From Mucisphaera calidilacus (GTDB lineage: Bacteria; Planctomycetota; Phycisphaerae; Phycisphaerales; Phycisphaeraceae), in contig NZ_CP036280.1 of the NCBI RefSeq assembly GCF_007748075.1, forward strand, positions 3,390,001 through 3,422,000: 32,000 bases of DNA. The letters are read 5' to 3'. Shown in pieces: positions 25,389-32,000 of the stretch. The stretch's first letter is position 1; each line of letters opens with the position of its first letter. Under the pieces are notes generated by a model, which worked only from the letters and a program-made list of their open reading frames with translations, did not search any database and had not been told where the DNA came from. A program made the translations under genes and the position numbers.

Positions 25389-25461
25389 CTCCCCCGGCTG
25401 GACTCGAACCAGCAACCTAGCGGTTAACAGCCGCTCGCTCTACCAATTGAGCTACAGGGGA
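25389..25461 (-). tRNA. tRNA-Asn (anticodon GUU)
   Basis: The reverse complement folds as a cloverleaf. Acceptor stem TCCCCTG/CGGGGGA (one G-U pair), D arm GCTC-AATTGGTA-GAGC, anticodon arm AGCGG-CTGTTAA-CCGCT, variable loop AGGTT, T arm GCTGG-TTCGAGT-CCAGC, discriminator G. CCA is not encoded. Confidence 0.9.
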
Positions 25462-25570
25462 TCGGTAGTCCAGTAAGGTTACAAATCCCAACCCGCGAGT
25501 CAAACCGAATCACGCCAACAAGGCACCCCAAAAATCGCCACATCCCCTGCTTTCTGATAAGTCAACCCAG

Positions 25571-27940
25571 ATGAACCCGACGGACCGACGACTGCCCCTC
25601 TCTCCCGCCCCGCGACCGGGCGACGCCGGCAGCCGGCACCGATACCCCATCGACACCGCCGCATGGGTCTGGGCACCCGGCTGGCAACCCGATCAACGCT
25701 CATTCGTCCGCTTTTCCCTCGATTTCCTCACCACCGACGACCAGCCCCTCCTGCTCGAAGTCACCGCCGACCAACGCTACGTCCTCACCCTCGACGGACT
25801 CGAAGCCGGACGCGGGCCCGACCGCGCCGAACTCAACGGCTGGAGCTTCCACCGCTACAAAATCCCCGCCCACGCCGGACAACACCGCCTCGAAGCCTGG
25901 TGCTGGTGGCTCCCCGCACGCGAAAAACCCCTCGCACAGGTCACGCACCGCCCCGGATTCGCCCTCGTCGGCCTCGACCACCTCCGCCAGACCCTCACCA
26001 CCGGCATCGCTCCCTGGAAAGCCGCCGTCCAGAACGGCTGGCAGCCTCACCCCTCACCCGACAAATTCGGCTACCACGTCGTCGGATGCGGATTCGAGAT
26101 CCAAGGCCACGCCCGGCCCGAACCGCCCGCCGACGCCGTCGTCGTCCACCAGGCCCGCGACCAGCTCGATGGCGTCCTCACCAGCCCCTACCGATGCGAG
26201 CCCTCACCCCTCCCCGAACAGCAACGATCCCTCTTCCAAGGCGGGACCCTCCGGGCCGTCCAGCACGACCACGACACCACCATCCGCTCCGAATCCAACA
26301 ACCCGGACCTCGCCCCGCTCACCGCCGGACAACCCGTCGAAATCCCCGCCAACACCACCCTCCAACTCCTCTGGGATCTCGAAGACTACCTCTGCGCCTA
26401 CCCCCGACTTACCCTCGACAACGGACGAGGCAGCACCGTCGAAATGACCTGGGCCGAGTCCCTCTACGACCACCAGGCCGGAGCCTTCGAGCCCAAAGGC
26501 GACCGCGCCGCCGTCGCCGGCAAACAATGGCTCGGCTTCGGCGACCTCTTCCGACACCCGGGCGGACACAAGCACTACGACATCCCGTGGTGGCGCAGCG
26601 GACGATGGCTCCGACTCGCCATCCAGACCGCCGAACAGCCCCTGACCCTCCGCGACGCACGACCCCTCACCACCGGATACCCCCACCAGCCTCGTTGGGC
26701 CTTCGACTGCGACCACACCTTCCCCGCCGTCTTCCCCCTCTGCGAAAAATCACTCGCACGCTGCGTCCACGAGACCTTCATCGACTGCCCCTACTACGAA
26801 CAACTCCAGTACACAGGCGACACACGCGTCCAGGCACTCGCCTGGCTCGCCACCACCGCCGACCCCAGACCCGTCCGACGCGCCCTCGAACTCCTCGACC
26901 GATCACGATGGCTCAACGGCTTCGTCGCCGAACGCGCCCCGACCTGCGAACCCCAGACCAGCGCCACCTACAGCCTCGTCCAGCCCGCCATCCTCCGCGA
27001 CTACGCCATGTGGGCCGACGACGCCGAAAGCGTCCGATCGCTCCTCCCCGGCAGCCGCGCCGCGCTCGAACACGCACTCGCCTGCATCGACGACACCGGA
27101 CTCCCCACCCAACTCCCCGGCTGGCTCTTTGTCGACTGGGTCGCACGCCCCGACTGGGAGCGTGGCGTGCCCGGCTGCACCTCTCCCACACCCGGCGAAG
27201 AAGGCTCCGAACCTCCCCTCTCCGCGCCCGTCGCGCTCCACCTGCCCATCGCCCTCGAAGCTATGGCACGCGTCGAAGAACTCCTGGGCGAAGACGCCCT
27301 GGCCGAACGATACCGACACCACGCACACGCCGTCATGAGCCGCATCATCGACACCTTCGCCGACCCCGAACGCCGAATGATCGCCGACGACCCGCAACAC
27401 ACCCGCTGGAGCGAGCACGCACAGGCACTCGCCCTCGACTGCGCCTGCCTGCCCGAACCCTGGCGGCAACACGCCCTCAACGCCCTCGTCCAGCCCGACG
27501 ACGACATGGCACCCGCCAGCGTCTACTTCTCCCACCACGTCCACGAAGCCCTGCTGCGACACAACCGCGTCGACGCCTTCCTCCAACGCCTCGGCTTCTG
27601 GAACAGCCTCATCGAGCAGGGCTTCCTCACCGCCATCGAGTCCCCCGAGCCCTCGCGCAGCGACTGCCACGGCTGGGGTGCCCACCCCATCTATCACGCC
27701 CTCAGCGCACTCGCAGGAATACGCCCCGACGCCGCAGGTTTCGCCACCGCACGCATCACACCACGCTTCGGCCCCCTCACACACCTCCAAGCCACCCTCC
27801 CGCACCCCCGAGGCGAAATCACCGTCGATCTCCGACGCAACCGCAACACACTCGCAGGCACCATCACAACCCCCGTCCCCGGTTCACTCCACTGGAACGG
27901 ACACACCACACAACTCACGCCCGGAACCGCCCGCCTCTAG
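25571..27940 (+). CDS. Six-hairpin (alpha/alpha)6 glycoside hydrolase-like protein, alpha-L-rhamnosidase (GH78)-related
   Basis: 789 aa. FIDCPYYEQLQYTGDTRVQAL resembles the DCP-x-x-E-x-x-x-[WY]-x-GD motif at the start of rhamnosidase-type catalytic domains, and the C-terminal CHGWGAHPIY fits the same family. The assignment is from memory only. Confidence 0.5.
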   Translation: MNPTDRRLPLSPAPRPGDAGSRHRYPIDTAAWVWAPGWQPDQRSFVRFSLDFLTTDDQPLLLEVTADQRYVLTLDGLEAGRGPDRAELNGWSFHRYKIPAHAGQHRLEAWCWWLPAREKPLAQVTHRPGFALVGLDHLRQTLTTGIAPWKAAVQNGWQPHPSPDKFGYHVVGCGFEIQGHARPEPPADAVVVHQARDQLDGVLTSPYRCEPSPLPEQQRSLFQGGTLRAVQHDHDTTIRSESNNPDLAPLTAGQPVEIPANTTLQLLWDLEDYLCAYPRLTLDNGRGSTVEMTWAESLYDHQAGAFEPKGDRAAVAGKQWLGFGDLFRHPGGHKHYDIPWWRSGRWLRLAIQTAEQPLTLRDARPLTTGYPHQPRWAFDCDHTFPAVFPLCEKSLARCVHETFIDCPYYEQLQYTGDTRVQALAWLATTADPRPVRRALELLDRSRWLNGFVAERAPTCEPQTSATYSLVQPAILRDYAMWADDAESVRSLLPGSRAALEHALACIDDTGLPTQLPGWLFVDWVARPDWERGVPGCTSPTPGEEGSEPPLSAPVALHLPIALEAMARVEELLGEDALAERYRHHAHAVMSRIIDTFADPERRMIADDPQHTRWSEHAQALALDCACLPEPWRQHALNALVQPDDDMAPASVYFSHHVHEALLRHNRVDAFLQRLGFWNSLIEQGFLTAIESPEPSRSDCHGWGAHPIYHALSALAGIRPDAAGFATARITPRFGPLTHLQATLPHPRGEITVDLRRNRNTLAGTITTPVPGSLHWNGHTTQLTPGTARL

Positions 27941-28096
27941 CCGCTCCAGCCGCCCCGTCACACTCGGTAATTGAGTGAAAATACAGACACAGTCAAGATT
28001 TATAAACCTCGCGCTTTCACGCCTCATCACCACTTTCGGGTGTTATACTGAACCGTTGGAGCGTCTTTCCTCGCTCCCACGAGCAAGGAGATCCTG

Positions 28097-28852
28097 ATGG
28101 CGACCAGCTTCGGGGCATTATCCACCGACTTCTACGTCAACCAGAAGCTGTCGCTCAAGATGGACCTCCCCTCCGAACGGGATACCGTCCTCCACTTCTT
28201 CGACCGCGTCCGCAAGACGCGACCCGCCATGAGCCGCTTCCGGCGATACGAAGGCGAACTCGCCCTCGAATCATCCCGACGCGACGCCGAATACGCCTGG
28301 CTCGCCCTCCGAAGAACCTCCGTCCGCACCGGACACGTCAACCCTCAGTCCCTCGCCGACGCCCTCCGCTTCCACCAGATGATCCTCGAACTGACGCCGC
28401 ACTACCTCAGCGTCACGCCCCTCGACGTCGACTTCCTCGAAGTGATGTTCGGCTTCGACCTCGAGTGCAAGGACAACCACGACGAGATCATCTACGACGC
28501 ACTCTTCGCCGATTCCAAGCTAGGCGAACTGCTCAAAACCCAGCAGGGCAAGGTTATGGACGTCCAGCCCGTCATGGGCATGTCCCTCAACGAGCGAGGC
28601 GACCTCCAGGCCTACTACGAAGTCAAATCACGACCACGATCACGACGCGGATCCACACGCGGCTACCGTGGCGAGCCCATCAGCCTCTTCCTCACACTCC
28701 GGCAGTACGGCCCCATCGAACGCGTCGAGGACCTCCCCAACACCCTCGAAACACTCATGAACCGCTGCGAAGAACTCGCCACCGACAAACTCGTCCCCGA
28801 CATGCTCATGCCCATCGCACGACTCATCTCCGCACGATCCGCCGGAAGCTGA
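28097..28852 (+). CDS. Conserved-looking hypothetical protein (251 aa), function unknown
   Basis: An AAGGAG SD lies 6 nt upstream of the ATG. Codon bias is native and composition is non-repetitive and globular. I recognise no motif. It ends 7 nt before the ddl ORF. Confidence 0.7.
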   Translation: MATSFGALSTDFYVNQKLSLKMDLPSERDTVLHFFDRVRKTRPAMSRFRRYEGELALESSRRDAEYAWLALRRTSVRTGHVNPQSLADALRFHQMILELTPHYLSVTPLDVDFLEVMFGFDLECKDNHDEIIYDALFADSKLGELLKTQQGKVMDVQPVMGMSLNERGDLQAYYEVKSRPRSRRGSTRGYRGEPISLFLTLRQYGPIERVEDLPNTLETLMNRCEELATDKLVPDMLMPIARLISARSAGS

Positions 28853-28859
28853 CCCCAGC

Positions 28860-29810
28860 GTGAAACCCCCATCCACCACACCACGGACGGTGATGGTGCT
28901 CGCCGGCGGACCCGATCGCGAGCGCGTCGTCAGCCTCCAGTCAGGCCGGCAGATCGCCCACGCCCTCCACACGGCCGGCTACACCGTCACCACCCGCGAC
29001 GCCCTGCCCGACAACCTCGCCGCACTCGACCAAGCCGCCAACACACCCGACACCATCCTCTTCCCCGTCCTCCACGGACCCTGGGGCGAAGGCGGCCCCC
29101 TCCAGCAACACCTCCAGCAACGCGGCCTCCGCTTCGTCGGCTCCGACGCCACCGCCGCCGCCCTCTGCATGGACAAACACGCCACCAAGCAAACCCTCAA
29201 GGACGCCGGACTCCCCACACCCGACTTCCAACACCTCCAACCCGACGACACCCTCCGCCTCAACCCGCCCCTCGTCCTCAAACCCCTCGCCGAAGGCTCA
29301 AGCCTCGGCATGGCCATCTGCCACACACCCGACGACACCCACGCAGCACGCAAACCACTCCACGACCGCTTCGGCACACTCCTCGCCGAAGCCTTCATCC
29401 CCGGACGCGAGCTCACCGTCGGCATCCTCGAAACCCCCCAGAGCACCCGCGCACTCCCCATCATCGAGATCCGCTCCGCCACCGACTTCTACGACTACGA
29501 CGCCAAGTACGAGCGCAACGACACCGCCTACCTCTTCGACCTCAACCTCCCCCAGTCCACCCTCAGCCGCATCACCGAACTCGCCCTCGCCACCCACCGT
29601 ATCACCGGAGCACGACACCTCAGCCGCGTCGACCTCATGCTCGAACACGACACAGCCGAGCCTCAAATACTGGAAATCAATACCACACCGGGATTTACAA
29701 CCCATTCGCTGTTCCCCATGGCCGCCCGCCACGCCGGCATCCCCGACGCCCGGCTCGTCGCCGGACTCGTCGAGTTGGCCGCCAGCCAACCCGCCCCCGC
29801 CTCGATATGA
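28860..29810 (+). CDS. ddl: D-alanine--D-alanine ligase
   Basis: VLAGGPDRERVVSLQSG, FPVLHGPWGEGGPLQ, CMDKHATKQ, VLKPLAEGSSLGM, FYDYDAKY, SRVDLML, and EINTTPGFTTHSLFPMAA. The start is either GTG 28860 or ATG 28893 (MVLAGG..). Confidence 0.9.
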   Translation: MKPPSTTPRTVMVLAGGPDRERVVSLQSGRQIAHALHTAGYTVTTRDALPDNLAALDQAANTPDTILFPVLHGPWGEGGPLQQHLQQRGLRFVGSDATAAALCMDKHATKQTLKDAGLPTPDFQHLQPDDTLRLNPPLVLKPLAEGSSLGMAICHTPDDTHAARKPLHDRFGTLLAEAFIPGRELTVGILETPQSTRALPIIEIRSATDFYDYDAKYERNDTAYLFDLNLPQSTLSRITELALATHRITGARHLSRVDLMLEHDTAEPQILEINTTPGFTTHSLFPMAARHAGIPDARLVAGLVELAASQPAPASI

Positions 29811-29916
29811 ACCCAATTCCTTGGGCCGGACAGCCCGGGTAGGCCGATCCGGTTATAGAGACGCACCACGATGTTGGGTGTGTCACCACCACGCCTCGCG
29901 AGGTATACAGAACGTC

Positions 29917-30828
29917 ATGTGGCCGTTTAACAAGTCCAGCACCAAGAAGAAGGGCGGTTCGAGACGAAAAAGCTCGAAAAACGCCCAGACCCCCGCCGGC
30001 TGGGGCAACCCCGCCACCCGACGCGGTCTCCAGCTCCTCGCCGTCGCCGCCGTCGTCGTCACCCTCCTCGCCGGCTGGCTGCCCCTCGAACGCGGCCTTC
30101 AGCGATACCTCCAGAACAACGACCCTCTCCCCGTCGACCCCGCCACCGTCGAACTCGTCGGCCTCCCCGACTGGATGAACCCCCTCTACGCCAAGGAACT
30201 CCGCGCCCTCGTCGCCGAACGACTCACCGACGACCGGCTCGACCAGCGAGGCGTCGCCATTGCCGCCGAAGCCCTCGAGTCCAGCGCCTGGGTCGCCGAG
30301 GTCACACGCATCCGACGACTCAGCAACGGAGGCGTCGAGGCACAAGCCCTCTACCGCACACCCGTCGCCGTCGTCGAGAGCCGCGACGGCTGCTACATCG
30401 TCGACCGCCAGGGCATCCGACTCTCAGGCACCTACACCCGCACCGCCGCCAGCGAACGACTCAACCTCCCCCTCATCACCGGACTCCGCACACCCACGCC
30501 CAGGCTCGGCGAGTCGTGGGAAGGCGACGAGATCGCCGCCGGCATCAGCCTCGCAACCCTCGTCAGCCAGGAACCCTTCGCCCAGGAAGTCGTCGCCTTC
30601 GACGTCAGCGAACGCGACAGCCAGGGACGACTCCGACTCGTCATGCACACCTCCCAGGGCCGAGTCCGATGGGGACTGCCCCCGGGCCAAGAACGAGCCC
30701 TCGAACGACCCGCCGCCGTCAAACTCAGCTGGCTCCGCGAAGTCGCCAGCGAACGAGGGTCCATCGACGCGGGTGGAGCCGTCGTCGACGTCTACACTCC
30801 AGTGGTTCAGGTCAGTCGGATGCCCTAG
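29917..30828 (+). CDS. ftsQ: FtsQ/DivIB-like cell division protein (single TM + POTRA-like domain)
   Basis: ATG 29917 (MWPFNKSSTKKKGGSRRK..), followed by a TM helix LQLLAVAAVVVTLLAGWL and then VELVGLPDWM..VAIAAEALESSAWVAEVTRIRRL..GGVEAQALYRTPVAVVE..GCYIVDRQGIRL, which is typical of POTRA/FtsQ. It lies directly downstream of ddl, as in dcw clusters. Confidence 0.6.
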   Translation: MWPFNKSSTKKKGGSRRKSSKNAQTPAGWGNPATRRGLQLLAVAAVVVTLLAGWLPLERGLQRYLQNNDPLPVDPATVELVGLPDWMNPLYAKELRALVAERLTDDRLDQRGVAIAAEALESSAWVAEVTRIRRLSNGGVEAQALYRTPVAVVESRDGCYIVDRQGIRLSGTYTRTAASERLNLPLITGLRTPTPRLGESWEGDEIAAGISLATLVSQEPFAQEVVAFDVSERDSQGRLRLVMHTSQGRVRWGLPPGQERALERPAAVKLSWLREVASERGSIDAGGAVVDVYTPVVQVSRMP

Positions 30829-30869
30829 CGGATCGTCTCCGCCTGCGAGATCTGGCACGGGAGCCGTCC

Positions 30870-31349
30870 ATGCGCTGGGCACTGCTCTGGTCATCCCTGT
30901 GGCTACTCGGCTGCTGGAACATCGTCGGACAATCCGTCGGCTGGTACCTCAACGGCGCCCGCGTCATGGCCGTCCTCGCCACCGTCGGACTCCTCCTCGT
31001 CTGGCCCGCCGCACGACTCAGCCAGACCGTCCGAGGCGGACATGAACGCACCACCTGGCTCGTCGCCGAAGCCGCCGCCATCACACTCCTCATCCAGTTC
31101 GCCCTCTGGCCCCTCGCCGTCCTCGGCCGATGGCACCTCACCGCACCCCTCGAGATGACCGCCACCCTCCTCGCCTGGGCCACACTCGCCGCACTCCTCG
31201 TCGGCTGGGGCCGACGCAGCGGCAACCGCGCCTCCCTGATCGTCATGCTCATCCTCGTCGCTCTCCTCCTGCTCACACCCCTCCTCCCCGCCGGGTGGAA
31301 CGACTGGGCGCCTATCCTCAGAATCTGGACGCTCGGGGCACGCGCCTAA
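30870..31349 (+). CDS. Small integral membrane protein (159 aa, ~4 TM helices), unknown function
   Basis: ATG 30870. Hydrophobic segments: ALLWSSLWLLGCW, VMAVLATVGLLLVWPA, LVAEAAAITLLIQFALWPLAVL, TATLLAWATLAALLVGW and LIVMLILVALLLLTPLL. The upstream part of the track ORF (30516-) overlaps ftsQ out of frame. Confidence 0.6.
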   Translation: MRWALLWSSLWLLGCWNIVGQSVGWYLNGARVMAVLATVGLLLVWPAARLSQTVRGGHERTTWLVAEAAAITLLIQFALWPLAVLGRWHLTAPLEMTATLLAWATLAALLVGWGRRSGNRASLIVMLILVALLLLTPLLPAGWNDWAPILRIWTLGARA

Positions 31350-31406
31350 GACCCGACCACCAGGCCCGCCGTGTATCGAGCGTTAAAGTTCTGCTAAAAT
31401 GAAAGA

Positions 31407-31919
31407 TTGACGAACGACGAAACCTTAATGTCACTACGGATGTCAGGAAGTGCGATGGAGTTCATCACCGCTGCAGACAAAGAGAAGATCGAGGCCCGCC
31501 TTCAGGAACTGAAGGACCGACGCGTCGAAATCACCGAACGCATTGCCGAGGCACGCGCCCAGGGCGACCTCAAGGAAAACGCCGAGTACCACGCCGCCCG
31601 CGACGAACAAGGCATGGAAGAGGCCGAGATCAAACGCCTCGAAGAACGACTCGCCAACAGCCAGGTCGCCGAAGACGTCGACGTCCCCGAAGACATGGTC
31701 TTCCTCGGATCAGTGGTCAAACTCCGCGATCTGGACGATGATGACGAAGACCTCTACAAACTCGTCGGCGAGTCCAGCGGCTCCTTCGACAGCGACGAGA
31801 TCGAGGTCACCGTCAGCAGCCCCATGGGCGAAGCACTGCTCCGCTCACGAGTCGGCGAAACGGTACGCGTCGACCTCCCGAGAGGGACCAAACGCTTCGA
31901 GATCCTGGAGCTGCTCTAA
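31407..31919 (+). CDS. greA: Transcription elongation factor GreA
   Basis: [30 protein letters not shown] and the C-terminal [36 protein letters not shown]. The track start is TTG 31407, but ATG 31455 ([11 protein letters not shown]..) is the more likely true start. Confidence 0.9.
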   Translation: MTNDETLMSLRMSGSAMEFITAADKEKIEARLQELKDRRVEITERIAEARAQGDLKENAEYHAARDEQGMEEAEIKRLEERLANSQVAEDVDVPEDMVFLGSVVKLRDLDDDDEDLYKLVGESSGSFDSDEIEVTVSSPMGEALLRSRVGETVRVDLPRGTKRFEILELL

Positions 31920-31947
31920 CGCCAAGCTCCCCACAAGGAGGCCCGTG

Positions 31948-32000
31948 ATGCGATCCAAGACCCTGCTCGCCGCCTGCCTCGCACTCGGCTGCGCCGACGC
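31948..32000 (+). CDS. Start of a putative lipoprotein (3' end outside window)
   Basis: An AAGGAGG SD lies 8 nt upstream. MRSKTLLAACLALGCAD.. contains the lipobox L-A-L-G-C. Only 17 codons are visible. Confidence 0.5.
   Translation, partial: MRSKTLLAACLALGCAD

Noticed and set aside
25663-27978. 771-aa ORF overlapping the glycosidase-like gene
   Set aside because: It is Arg/Pro/His-rich off-frame junk. The 25571 frame contains the DCPYYEQLQYTGD and CHGWGAHP motifs.
27941-28096. Possible sigma70-type promoter (TATACT at ~28045) upstream of the 251-aa gene
   Set aside because: No acceptable -35 hexamer occurs at 16-18 nt spacing, so it is not reported as a feature.
29821-29916. Upstream extension of the FtsQ-like ORF (MGRTARVGRSGYRDAPRCWVCHHHASRGIQNV)
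   Set aside because: The start codon is non-ATG and the composition is not protein-like. ATG 29917 gives the usual short basic cytoplasmic tail followed by the TM helix.

Overview
GC-rich bacterial chromosomal window. Third codon positions are almost all C/G and real frames read NNC. It is probably from a PVC-group or Planctomycetota-like organism; this is inferred from two PEP-CTERM sorting signals, a giant acidic repeat protein, and a ddl-ftsQ remnant with no ftsA/ftsZ after it. I support 22 protein genes, one extra sub-60-aa ORF and one tRNA-Asn(GUU). In order: (1) the 3' 7.67 kb of a giant gene (at least 2,556 aa, truncated by the window edge) with tandem ~115-aa modules, propeller-like and beta-helix-like repeats, a PPC-like domain and a C-terminal metzincin motif HELGHILGHNH. 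(2) A DsbD-type thiol:disulfide transporter. (3) aguB-aguA, the agmatine-to-putrescine pathway. (4) An AAA+/DUF4143 ATPase preceded by a 32-bp tandem repeat. (5) On the minus strand, a 629-aa uncharacterised protein with PEPCK/HprK-like P-loop motifs. (6) A PEP-CTERM protein. (7) A tight TrpB2 / beta-helix protein / GNAT gene string. (8) An accessory-looking patch at ~19.8-25.5 kb. It contains a 1,525-bp insertion bounded by 54-bp direct repeats that duplicate the GNAT 3' end; the insertion carries a second PEP-CTERM protein and an Ogr/Delta-like zinc-finger gene with TGTAAC palindromes. The patch also holds a Fur-box-like palindrome and a 50-aa Cys-tailed ORF lying in frame with a COG0523 metallochaperone GTPase, plus a sulfotransferase and a compositionally foreign HNH endonuclease next to tRNA-Asn. 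(9) A six-hairpin glycosidase-like gene, a 251-aa unknown gene, ddl, an ftsQ-like gene, a small membrane protein, greA, and the start of a lipoprotein. I saw no rRNA, CRISPR array, transposase or integrase. I cannot point to one clearly novel multi-gene system. The best leads are the giant-protein repeat family, the PEPCK/HprK-like orphan kinase-fold protein, the repeat-bounded mini-island, and the Fur-box / small ORF / COG0523 locus. All homology statements come from reading the translations and from memory of family motifs; no searches were run.
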